From: Candidatus Woesearchaeota archaeon
GTDB lineage: Archaea > Nanobdellota > Nanobdellia > Pacearchaeales > GW2011-AR1
Assembly (NCBI GenBank): GCA_964514585.1
Contig: CAZETU010000001.1
Location: 289,409-344,001, forward strand
Length of the DNA stretch: 54,593 bases
Direction of reading: 5' to 3'
How positions within the stretch are numbered: the first letter of the stretch is position 1; every line of letters begins with the position of its first letter. Below the pieces are notes generated by a model. It ran no database searches. It saw only the letters and a program-made list of their open reading frames with translations, and had not been told where the DNA came from. Positions 9,888 through 18,648 of this stretch are shown piece after piece. Made by a program: the position numbers and the translations under genes.

Positions 9888-10229
9888 CGCCGGCGTATGG
9901 AGTTGGCGAACAATTCGCTTTTTCGAATCCAAATATATCAAGACTATCTTTCGAAAATGCAAATTGTGAGTAGGAATTCTAAGATTCGCAATCCACGATT
10001 AATTTTCCCCACGAAACCTTTTTGCAAACTTAGCCTGTAGACTTGCTTCAATTGAAGCATTCTCTCTTAGTTCATTCAGCCCAAGAGCACAAAGGATTTC
10101 ATGTCTCTGTTCAGTAGTTAAGTTAGTTATCTCAGGAGGGGAATATCCAACACTAGAATCATAGGCAACATCATCTCTCATACAGGCAACTACATTCTAA
10201 CATTTATTAAGATTCCTATCCACGACTAA
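9858..10229 (+). repeat. three direct copies of the aRF1 3' end (9858-9887, 9973-10002, degenerate 10207-10229)
   Basis: GGAATTCTAAGATTCGCAATTCATGACTAA vs GGAATTCTAAGATTCGCAATCCACGATTAA (27/30) vs TTAAGATTC-CTATCCACGACTAA. Confidence 0.9.
9999..10181 (-). CDS. hypothetical protein (60 aa) inside the repeat-bounded insert
   Basis: ATG-started ORF that nearly fills the segment between repeat copies 2 and 3; its stop lies inside copy 2. Confidence 0.45.
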   Translation of the reverse strand: MRDDVAYDSSVGYSPPEITNLTTEQRHEILCALGLNELRENASIEASLQAKFAKRFRGEN

Positions 10230-10259
10230 TTTTTTAAACTCTCCAAACATACATTTAAT

Positions 10260-10847
10260 ATGGAAGAAACTGAAAATCAGGTGACACATAATACTCCCGT
10301 TATCACCGAATCAACAGCCGAAGAATTAGACAACACATTCGAAGAAAACGAAAAAGAATCCGAATCAAAAGTCGAAGCTGCCCTTTTCATCGCAGGCCGA
10401 TTCTTAAATCTCCAAGAATTAATCATGCTAACCGACGTCAACCCAATCATGCTCAAAGAAATTTTGAGTCGTCTTGAAAAAAAATATTCAGAACAAAATT
10501 CAAATGTCCTCAGGCTAATCAATCGAAGCAATTCATGGAAAATGGACGTCGATGAAAAATATCACTACCTAATAAACAAGCTAGCAACGGGCAACGCAGA
10601 ATTCACAAAAGCAGAACAAGAAACCCTAGCAATCATTGCATACAAACAGCCAATCAAACAATCTGTTGTAATCAAAATCCGAGGCAACAAATCCTACGAC
10701 CATATTAAAAAATTCAGACAATTAGGCTTAGTCGTCGCAAAACAAATCGGCCACACATTAGACCTTTCACTCTCCGAAGAATTCTACGAATATTTCAACG
10801 TACATAAAGCCGAACCAAAAGAAGAAAACAAACAGGAGCAAGAATAA
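10260..10847 (+). CDS. scpB: SMC-Scp complex subunit ScpB
   Basis: 'VEAALFIAG', 'ETLAIIAYKQPI', 'IRG' ScpB signature. Confidence 0.92.
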   Translation: MEETENQVTHNTPVITESTAEELDNTFEENEKESESKVEAALFIAGRFLNLQELIMLTDVNPIMLKEILSRLEKKYSEQNSNVLRLINRSNSWKMDVDEKYHYLINKLATGNAEFTKAEQETLAIIAYKQPIKQSVVIKIRGNKSYDHIKKFRQLGLVVAKQIGHTLDLSLSEEFYEYFNVHKAEPKEENKQEQE

Positions 10848-12079
10848 TGGAATTTCTAACAATCCTATACTTCACTTATACCTTCATCGCATTTTACTTC
10901 CTTTTTATCTATATACTAACATACATACAAAACAAAAAACACATCTACGAAATAATTAAACCAAATAAGATAAGGTCCCTAAGTATAGTAGTCCCTTGTT
11001 ACAACGAAGCTGAAAGCATAGGAAAAAATATAGAAGCATTTTTAGCATCAAATTACGAAGGATTAAAACAATTAATCATAGTAGACGATTGTAGCACAGA
11101 CAACTCTTACGAAATCATAAAAGAATACGCAAGAAAATATTCAAAAGTAATAGCATTACAAACCCCGAAAAACACAGGTAGAGCCGCAGGAGCAAAAAAC
11201 TTTGGAGCCAAATATGTTAAAACAGAACTAATAGGTTTTAGCGACGCCGATTCAATTCCTAAAAAAGATGCAATAAGTAAAATGGTAGGATTCTTCAATG
11301 ATGAAAAAGTGGGGGCAATAACATCAAGAGTTTTTGTGGAAAATCCAAAAAACTTCCTAGAAAGAATCCAATCAATTGAGTATAAAATCATGGCATTCAC
11401 AAGAAAATTACTTGGATTTTTAGACTCAATCTATGTGACAAATGGGCCTCTAAGTATTTACAGAAAAAAAGCATATGATGAAGTGGGTGGATTTGATATG
11501 AAAAATATGACCGAAGATATAGAAATAACCTGGCACTTTGTTTCAAAAGGTTGGAAAGTCAAAATGTCAATACCCGCAAGAGTTTATTCAGTTGTTCCAA
11601 AAACAGTAAAATCATGGTTTCATCAAAGAATTCGTTGGAACGTCGGAGGAATCCAAACCGTCGCAAAATACAAAAAGAAAATCGCTCAATGTGGGATGCT
11701 TGGATATTTTATTATACCATTCTTTGTTCTCTCCTGGTTTATAGGACTAACAGGCCTCTTCTTTTTGACCTACCGTATAAGTAAATATCTAATCACAAAA
11801 TATCTCGTGACAAAATATTCAATAGTAGCTCAAGTTGCAGTCTTAGAATTAAACGACTTCAGTTTCAGCCCAAGCATACTTTTCTTCTTCGGAATCTTGC
11901 TTTTCACCCTCGGTTTCGCATACACTTTCGTAGCACTAGGCCACTCCAAAGAAAAAGGCTGGCTAATCGGACACTCTCTCTACGACATCTTTATATACTC
12001 GTTCTTCTACTTGCTAATGTACCCACCGTTGCTGATAATATCTTTTTATAAATATTTCAGAGGATACAATACCTGGTAA
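10847..12079 (+). CDS. family 2 glycosyltransferase, integral membrane
   Basis: 'IVVPCYNE', 'VDDCSTD', DAD, 'TED', QRIRW (QxxRW) and C-terminal TM helices. Confidence 0.92.
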   Translation: MEFLTILYFTYTFIAFYFLFIYILTYIQNKKHIYEIIKPNKIRSLSIVVPCYNEAESIGKNIEAFLASNYEGLKQLIIVDDCSTDNSYEIIKEYARKYSKVIALQTPKNTGRAAGAKNFGAKYVKTELIGFSDADSIPKKDAISKMVGFFNDEKVGAITSRVFVENPKNFLERIQSIEYKIMAFTRKLLGFLDSIYVTNGPLSIYRKKAYDEVGGFDMKNMTEDIEITWHFVSKGWKVKMSIPARVYSVVPKTVKSWFHQRIRWNVGGIQTVAKYKKKIAQCGMLGYFIIPFFVLSWFIGLTGLFFLTYRISKYLITKYLVTKYSIVAQVAVLELNDFSFSPSILFFFGILLFTLGFAYTFVALGHSKEKGWLIGHSLYDIFIYSFFYLLMYPPLLIISFYKYFRGYNTW

Positions 12080-12080
12080 A

Positions 12081-12731
12081 ATGTTAAAAAGTAATAAACA
12101 TATTTTTTGGGAAGCTCTAATAATCACAATCGTGATTTTCTTAATGGGACTTTTTTTAGGAATGATGATAGAAGCAGGACATTCCAACGAAATCAACAAT
12201 TTCTATCTAGCATCAGAAGCAAACCTAATAGATGGCATGGCACTCTCACAAATTTCAGGAGGAAGTCATATAAGTTGTGAAACAATAAAGCAAAAAAACA
12301 TAGATTTCGCAAACAAGGTATATGAAGAAGCAAAGCTACTCGAAAAATATGAATCCTCACAAAAATTAACAGAAAATTTAAAGATAATACATAAAAAATA
12401 CGATCTACTAAGAACACTGGCATGGATAAGCAACTCAAACTCCCTAGAACAGTGTCAAAATTACGATCTAGTAATCTATCTATACGAATATAACTCAGAA
12501 AACATAACAAAAAAAGCAATTCAAAATGTATGGTCAAAAATTTTACTTGATGTAAAAGAAGAAAATGAAGACATGATTCTTATACCAATAGCTTCAGACC
12601 AAGACATCACTTCATTAGAAGTTTTAATGGAAAAATATGGCGTATCAAGCTTCCCAGCACTGGTTATCAACAACCAAGAAGTAATCTATTCTCTAGAAGG
12701 TTCAGATCAAATCAAGAGCCTTCTAAACTAA
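12081..12731 (+). CDS. membrane-anchored hypothetical protein with thioredoxin-like C-terminal region
   Basis: N-terminal TM helix; C-terminal 'KYGVSSFPALVIN'; coupled to the GT2 gene. Confidence 0.6.
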   Translation: MLKSNKHIFWEALIITIVIFLMGLFLGMMIEAGHSNEINNFYLASEANLIDGMALSQISGGSHISCETIKQKNIDFANKVYEEAKLLEKYESSQKLTENLKIIHKKYDLLRTLAWISNSNSLEQCQNYDLVIYLYEYNSENITKKAIQNVWSKILLDVKEENEDMILIPIASDQDITSLEVLMEKYGVSSFPALVINNQEVIYSLEGSDQIKSLLN

Positions 12732-12782
12732 TATATACTAGACCACATATTTACTTAAAAATAACTTCTTCCATTGAAATTC

Positions 12783-13628
12783 ATGAGATGTACAATATGT
12801 AAGAAAGAATCAGATGAGGTAGAATTGTTTTCAGGAATCCTTAACGCAGAAATGGTCAATATTTGTGAAACGTGTGCAGAAAGCGAAAGTGTTCCAATTA
12901 TCAAAAAACCCTCAGAACAACAACTCGAAAAAGCCGAAGAAAGACAATCCGTCAGAGAAAGAATGGAAAGAATGTCAGGCATGAGAGAGGCAACAGAAAT
13001 CAGTCCAGAACAAACAATCGTCCAAGGAAATCTAGCAAAATTACGAATACCAGAAAAAAAACAACATCACCCAGACGTCCTAGATAATTATTACTGGACA
13101 TTAAACATAGCAAGACGAAGATCAAAAATGACAATCAACCAAATCGCAGAAAAAGCCCAAATCAACTCAATCCTAATCAGAGAAATCGAAAAAGGAAAAC
13201 TCCCAGAAAACTTCCAAGAAATATTCCTCAAATTAGAATCCATCTTAGGAATCAAGCTCTTAAAAAATCACGAAAACAAAATAAACTTCGTTAGAACTCA
13301 CGACGAAGAACAAGATATTCTAGAAAACGTTCGAGCTAAAATGAACGGCACTTCACTTACAGAAGAAGAAGAGTTCCCCCAAGAAATTGATGAAGAAACC
13401 AAGGAAGCAAAAGCAGAGCTTATTAACAAACGAAAGAAAGAAAAACTAGAAAAACTATCAAAAGGAGAGGCTGACTTCTCAAAAAGAACAGACCTAGAAA
13501 ACGTCACATTAAACGACCTTGTCGAAATGAAAAGACAACGAGAAGAAAAAGAGTCTCAAAGAAAAACTAGGACCCAAGAAGAATCCATGCTTGGAGAAGA
13601 CATAGACCTAGAACTAGAGGAAATATAA
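12783..13628 (+). CDS. zinc-ribbon + XRE HTH protein (aMBF1-like) with charged C-terminal extension
   Basis: CxxC...CxxC at the N-terminus; 'LNIARRRSKMTINQIAEKAQINSILIREIEKGK' HTH. Confidence 0.7.
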   Translation: MRCTICKKESDEVELFSGILNAEMVNICETCAESESVPIIKKPSEQQLEKAEERQSVRERMERMSGMREATEISPEQTIVQGNLAKLRIPEKKQHHPDVLDNYYWTLNIARRRSKMTINQIAEKAQINSILIREIEKGKLPENFQEIFLKLESILGIKLLKNHENKINFVRTHDEEQDILENVRAKMNGTSLTEEEEFPQEIDEETKEAKAELINKRKKEKLEKLSKGEADFSKRTDLENVTLNDLVEMKRQREEKESQRKTRTQEESMLGEDIDLELEEI

Positions 13629-13858
13629 TGAGCGGACACATATCACAAAGATCAGCAAATGAATTAGGGTTGAGCCCAATATCCTTTGATGGCTTACAAA
13701 CAAATTTTGAAGGGAGATGTTCTCTAAGAACATACACGCCAATTTCGTCAGACCCAACTGCAGAAATAATAAGAGCATGTAAAAAAGCAGCTTATACAGA
13801 CCCATTAGCATTATTCCACTACAACGGAAGACCAAGAAGAACAAGACGAGTAGCTTGA
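13628..13858 (+). CDS. hypothetical protein (76 aa)
   Basis: ATG overlaps the upstream stop; fills the gap to the next ORF. Confidence 0.4.
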   Translation: MSGHISQRSANELGLSPISFDGLQTNFEGRCSLRTYTPISSDPTAEIIRACKKAAYTDPLALFHYNGRPRRTRRVA

Positions 13859-13865
13859 TTCTAAA

Positions 13866-14399
13866 TTAACCTCCAACAAGACTCCTTTTAACTCCAGCTG
13901 TAAGATGAATATCCGCACCATCCCTTCTAATATTTTTATACGTCCTAGGTAAAAGTGACCTTTTTGCAAATTTAATATAGTTTTCCCATTCACTAATTCT
14001 AGTTCTTCCAGTTTGCCTATATGTCTTAAATCCATCCACCCAATCAGGTGTAACTATCCAAGTCTCTCTTTTTGTAACCATATCCCCCAAAGAATCACCC
14101 CCATTAATATCACGAACTCGTCGGTCTAAAGAATAAGTCCCCATTAAAAAATAAAACGGCATTCCAAAATCTTTTCCATATCTAACCTGATGATCTAAAA
14201 CTCTCCAAGAAACATAATTCCTATTTCTAACATTTGGGTCAACACTCTCAGGAACAAGTAAAGTAAATTTAACTTCAATAATTTTTTTACTGTCAATCAA
14301 ATCAGGTCCAGCTTTCAAATATCTTGTCATCCCAAGCGCATCAGCAGCCCATTGCTCATTAACTCCAGGCATCAAACTATTAAAATATCGAGCTTTCAT
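13866..14399 (-). CDS. PD-(D/E)XK nuclease-like protein
   Basis: 'NEQW...GPDLIDSKKIIEVKF' = E...PD-x7-EVK; start set at MKARY right after the RPA stop. Confidence 0.6.
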   Translation of the reverse strand: MKARYFNSLMPGVNEQWAADALGMTRYLKAGPDLIDSKKIIEVKFTLLVPESVDPNVRNRNYVSWRVLDHQVRYGKDFGMPFYFLMGTYSLDRRVRDINGGDSLGDMVTKRETWIVTPDWVDGFKTYRQTGRTRISEWENYIKFAKRSLLPRTYKNIRRDGADIHLTAGVKRSLVGG

Positions 14400-14400
14400 T

Positions 14401-15036
14401 CTATCCCAAATATCGCAACCGTCCAGGCCGCGGCTCATAAATCAAACCCTCTTCCAATAACTTCTTAATATCAGCATTAATCAAATCAGGACTAGCCTCA
14501 ACATCCATAATAATCGTATCAATATCAATCCCACCCTCACCCTCAGCTTCCTTAATCTTACTCATAATCGAATCCTTCAACGACGAATCCCCACTCTCCG
14601 CAGCCGGCATATCCTTCCGAGCATTCTGAATCTCCAATTTCCTAACCAACAACCATCGAGGATCAACCTTCTTAATCGCTTCAGGAATCATATACAACTC
14701 ACCATTCCACTCTCGAACATTCCCAATAACCTGCAAAGTATCCCCCTGAATAATATCCTTCAACGGCTCAATATCCTCCCCAAAAGCCTTCAAACGAATC
14801 TGCCCCGAAGCATCATCAACCGTCAAACTCGCATACTTCTTCTCGCCATCCTGAATAAACTTATCAACACAATTCGCCAAAATATTCACCCGCACAATCT
14901 TCTTATCACCAAGCTCCAAAAACAAAAACTTTCCCTCGTCCATCATCGACTTACCCTTAAGAATATCACCAATCCGCATCTTAAACGCAACATTCCTCTT
15001 CCTAATCTCACCACCAACAGGCGCATCTGCTTCCAT
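14401..15036 (-). CDS. replication protein A subunit (RPA32-like, OB fold + winged helix)
   Basis: 'RVNILANCV', 'LTVDDASGQIRLKAF', C-terminal 'LLEEGLIYEPRPG'. Confidence 0.85.
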   Translation of the reverse strand: MEADAPVGGEIRKRNVAFKMRIGDILKGKSMMDEGKFLFLELGDKKIVRVNILANCVDKFIQDGEKKYASLTVDDASGQIRLKAFGEDIEPLKDIIQGDTLQVIGNVREWNGELYMIPEAIKKVDPRWLLVRKLEIQNARKDMPAAESGDSSLKDSIMSKIKEAEGEGGIDIDTIIMDVEASPDLINADIKKLLEEGLIYEPRPGRLRYLG

Positions 15037-15106
15037 CAAAAAAAATATCAACCTGACTTTATAAGGATTATTGGGATTGAGTTAAGGAAATTTCAAATTA
15101 TTTAAC
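15031..15106 (-). repeat. intergenic direct repeat, copy 1 (stop codon + TATA box + start context)
   Basis: 20-bp identical core ATTATTGGGATTGAGTTAAG at 15067-15086 and 16272-16291; similarity extends on both sides. Confidence 0.85.
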
Positions 15107-15829
15107 TGCCTCGACCAATGTAATATTCCCATCATCTAAAGCCCCTCTCCAATAATTCTCACCAAACTTTTCTATACCCTCTTTTGATACTTCTAACGGA
15201 GCCCATGTAATTTTATTAAACCCAGCTTTCTTAAATGCAGTCTCATAAGTTTGCTTAGACCAGTGATAATTAATAAACGAACACAATTCCTTTTCACCGT
15301 CATAAATTGTTATTTTAATTGGGCTACCTTCCTCAAGTTTATTCCCACAAATCGCCGTTGCACCATACTTCTTCCCATTCGTTAGGGGCTGATCGGGGTT
15401 AGCATTGATACCAATAAACCGCCCACCCTTATTCAAATTCTTATAAATATTAGTGCACATTAACTCCAACTCTTCAACAGTTTTAGAATAGTGCAATAAA
15501 AACTCTCCAGTTACCAATTCAAACTCTCCAAGCTTCTCAAGAGAAATTACATCCCCAACACTATATTCAATATTTAAAGGACTATCATTCTCTTTTTGTT
15601 TTGCAATCTTAATCATCTCCTCAGAAATATCTATTCCCGTAACTTTCTTAGCTCCATTCAGAACAAGTTGCCTAGACAAAAATCCATCCCCACAGGCTAA
15701 GTCTAAAATCTCCTTACCTTCCAAATCACCCAACCATCTAAAAACTGTAGGCAAAACCATGTAATTTTTCTTAGGATGAATATCTCCAACAAAACTATAC
15801 TCTTTCGCAATCTTATCATACTCAGCCAT
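15098..15829 (-). CDS. class I SAM-dependent methyltransferase, ToxA-like
   Basis: 'ILDLACGDG', 'GIDISEEM', 'LLHYS', 'FINYHWSKQTYETAFKKAGF', 'YW' follow the ToxA-type small-molecule N-methyltransferase layout. Confidence 0.85.
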   Translation of the reverse strand: MAEYDKIAKEYSFVGDIHPKKNYMVLPTVFRWLGDLEGKEILDLACGDGFLSRQLVLNGAKKVTGIDISEEMIKIAKQKENDSPLNIEYSVGDVISLEKLGEFELVTGEFLLHYSKTVEELELMCTNIYKNLNKGGRFIGINANPDQPLTNGKKYGATAICGNKLEEGSPIKITIYDGEKELCSFINYHWSKQTYETAFKKAGFNKITWAPLEVSKEGIEKFGENYWRGALDDGNITLVEAVK

Positions 15830-15879
15830 AAAAATAAAAAAGAATTCTCATATATATAATTAACCACTTCTCACAATTA

Positions 15880-16236
15880 CTAAATAACTCTCCATCCCTT
15901 TCCATATTTTTTCTCAGCAACAAAAATATCATAATAGGAAAAACTTCTCGTATAGGGAAGTCGGCTTACTCTTCGTCTATGACTAGTCCGTCCAATGTCA
16001 TTCTCATCAATTATAACTCTTGAAACTCCCCACATAGGCGCCCACCCAACAAAATCAACTCTCATTTTCAGCTTTTCCCTTTCTCTAGTTAAATTTCTAG
16101 GATCAATAACCTCACCTTGTCTCAAACTAACAGCATCAGACCCATAATCCATCCATAATCTAACAACATTCCCTGGCGCAAAATCCCCAGGAGAATAACG
16201 CCTCCATTCTATAATAGGCATAACAATTTCTTCCAT
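15880..16236 (-). CDS. hypothetical protein
   Basis: ORF inside the repeat-bounded cassette, with the TATA box supplied by repeat copy 2. Confidence 0.55.
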   Translation of the reverse strand: MEEIVMPIIEWRRYSPGDFAPGNVVRLWMDYGSDAVSLRQGEVIDPRNLTREREKLKMRVDFVGWAPMWGVSRVIIDENDIGRTSHRRRVSRLPYTRSFSYYDIFVAEKKYGKGWRVI

Positions 16237-16309
16237 CTTCAAAATAAAATACGAGCTGATTCCTTATAAAAATTATTGGGATTGAGTTAAGAATATTAAG
16301 TTATTTAAC
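16231..16309 (-). repeat. intergenic direct repeat, copy 2
   Basis: matches 15031-15106; core offset 1205 bp. Confidence 0.85.
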
Positions 16310-16507
16310 GAGTTCCGTTTTTTCTTCTAGCCCACCATTTTTCTGGTCTAAGCGTTTCCTGCTCCCTTTAAGCTCCTTATAGCAATTTCTCAATACAGAA
16401 ACACCCTCCCCTACCATATATGCTCCATAAGCCAATGACCCAACCCCAACCACAGCACCTATAAAAACAAAAACGTCATACATAGCTTGAGCTTCACTAG
16501 TAGCCAT
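16301..16507 (-). CDS. small single-TM hypothetical protein
   Basis: 68 aa with hydrophobic 'VFVFIGAVVGVGSLAYGAYMV'. Confidence 0.6.
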   Translation of the reverse strand: MATSEAQAMYDVFVFIGAVVGVGSLAYGAYMVGEGVSVLRNCYKELKGSRKRLDQKNGGLEEKTELVK

Positions 16508-16546
16508 GTTGCAATTTATTCAACAAACTATTTAATCATTTCCGTT

Positions 16547-18598
16547 CTAAACCCGTTGAACAAATCCCTTCTTGGGCCGAAACAAATCCCCGCCTTTCAA
16601 CAACTTTCCAACAGCCTCGTCAATATCCATCTCCTTCATCTTTCCATCCAACGCCTTCGTCACCTCTTCCAACGGAACCAACTTCCCCAACCGTTTCTCC
16701 AACTCCTCAACCGTATCCATAACCAAATGAATCTTATTCCTCTGACTAGCCCCCTGCCCAGTAATCCTATCAACATCAAAAGTCTTCGTCTCCTTATCAT
16801 ACCCAACCTGCAACAAATAGCTCCTCACCAAATCAATCGCCACCTCAGCATCCTCCTTGCTAACTTCCTTATTCAACCTCATTCGCGCATGCGCCTCAGC
16901 CAACCTAACCAAAGCCTCCAACTGCCTAGCCCCAATCGGAATCGGCTTACTCGGCCCGTCCCCAATCTGCGGCATATTTCTGAGTCCCACATAAAAATCC
17001 TTCATAATCCCAACAGCCTCATCAGTCAAAATCGGATTAAACTTCTGCTTCGAATAAGAAATATATTTCCTCAACAACTCCTTATCTATAACATCATGCT
17101 TCGCCGTCTGCTTATGCTCCATCAAAACATGATTAGCAATCGCCTCATCATTAGCCTTACTCGGCACATCCCTCATAATAAAAATAGCATCAAAACGCGA
17201 AAGTAAAGATGGCGCCAAATTAACCTGTTTCGGAATAGACTGCAAAGGATCAAACCGACCAAACTTAGGATTCGCCGCCGCCAAAACAGAAGTCTGAGAA
17301 CGCAAAGTTGCCTGAACAGTCGCCTTCGAAATCGTAACAGTCTGCTGTTCCATCGCTTCATGCATAGTCGACCTATCCTCCTCATCCATCTTATCAAACT
17401 CATCAATACAAACAATCCCCTTGTTCGCCAAAACCATCGCACCAGCCTCAAGCCCCCAACCCTTCAAAATCTCATCCTTAACAACAGTCGCAGTCAAACC
17501 CTTCCCAGATGCCCCCTTCCCAGAAACATACCGAGCCTTCGGAGCAACCCCACTAATAAAACTAAGCATAACCGACTTCGCAACACCAGGATCCCCCACA
17601 AGCAAAACATGAATATCCCCCCTCATAGCCGTCCCATCACTCCTCGTCTTCTTCGTCCCGCCAAACAACTGCAACGCAAGGGCCCATTTAACATCGCTAT
17701 GCCCCCAAATCGACGGCGCAATACTCCGAACCATCTTCTTCATCAAATCAGGATCCCCCGCCAACTCTCTTATCGACCGCTCGTCCTCCTCATCAATATC
17801 AATATCCTCAAAACTCTCCTCCAACGGAATAATATTATTAGCCTCAATCGCCAAATCAAACCGAGTAAGCATAGCCCCGCTCGAAGACGAAATCGCAATC
17901 TCCTTCAAAACCCCAATAATCCTAACCCGACTACCAGGCGTCGTCCTCATCTCCATCCGCGGATCAACCAAGTCCTCCTTTAAAAAAATCGTCATCCTCT
18001 TCGGCTGCTCACCCCCACTCAAATTATCACTCGCCTCCTCAATCGTCAAAACCTGCGCATCAACCATTTCCTTCGAGAGCTGCTTAAACCCACCACGCCG
18101 ACCACACGAACACCTAGACGGTTCCTTAAACTTCTTATCAATCTGCAAAACCGAAATAATCGTCCCACAACTAGGACACTCAAACTTAGCATTAGTAACC
18201 TGCGGCCGAACCTCGCTAGCCTGCCGAACAATCCCCTCAATCGAAATCATCTTCCCTAAATGCTTCGCCCGAATATACCGAATCAAAATTTCCTGCCCCT
18301 CAGAAATATCCATAAACCGAGCCCTCGCATCATTCGGCGCCCACTCCAGCTCCTCCAAAGCGATCTCCAACATCTGAATCGTTTCCTCGGGCCGATCAAT
18401 CAAATAATTACCAAGATCAGGAGAATGCTCAGTAAAATCCGTCCAATCAACATGAACAACCTTCTCACCAGCCTTAACAACCTTCCCAACTTCCTTCCGG
18501 TTCGCCTCAAAAAACGCCTTAGCATCGCTCAAAAACTCATCATGCCGAATCGCTTCAACATCCCCAACACCTTTTTCTTTACCTTCTCCCTCTGCCAT
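16547..18598 (-). CDS. mcm: replicative helicase MCM
   Basis: Zn finger CPSC..CSC, Walker A GDPGVAKS, Walker B CIDEFDKM, SRFD arginine finger. Confidence 0.97.
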   Translation of the reverse strand: MAEGEGKEKGVGDVEAIRHDEFLSDAKAFFEANRKEVGKVVKAGEKVVHVDWTDFTEHSPDLGNYLIDRPEETIQMLEIALEELEWAPNDARARFMDISEGQEILIRYIRAKHLGKMISIEGIVRQASEVRPQVTNAKFECPSCGTIISVLQIDKKFKEPSRCSCGRRGGFKQLSKEMVDAQVLTIEEASDNLSGGEQPKRMTIFLKEDLVDPRMEMRTTPGSRVRIIGVLKEIAISSSSGAMLTRFDLAIEANNIIPLEESFEDIDIDEEDERSIRELAGDPDLMKKMVRSIAPSIWGHSDVKWALALQLFGGTKKTRSDGTAMRGDIHVLLVGDPGVAKSVMLSFISGVAPKARYVSGKGASGKGLTATVVKDEILKGWGLEAGAMVLANKGIVCIDEFDKMDEEDRSTMHEAMEQQTVTISKATVQATLRSQTSVLAAANPKFGRFDPLQSIPKQVNLAPSLLSRFDAIFIMRDVPSKANDEAIANHVLMEHKQTAKHDVIDKELLRKYISYSKQKFNPILTDEAVGIMKDFYVGLRNMPQIGDGPSKPIPIGARQLEALVRLAEAHARMRLNKEVSKEDAEVAIDLVRSYLLQVGYDKETKTFDVDRITGQGASQRNKIHLVMDTVEELEKRLGKLVPLEEVTKALDGKMKEMDIDEAVGKLLKGGDLFRPKKGFVQRV

Positions 18599-18648
18599 AA
18601 AATAGAAACAAACTCCTCTTATTTAAGCATTATTAGACTCCAATGTCA

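Noticed and set aside
9858-10229. CRISPR array
   Set aside because: At most three copies with unequal spacers (85 and about 204 bp), the repeat is coding sequence, and there are no cas genes.
15098-15829. Methyltransferase as the cognate DNA MTase of the nearby nuclease (restriction-modification pair)
   Set aside because: It lacks DNA MTase motifs (DPPY/NPPY or PCQ) and resembles small-molecule methyltransferases.
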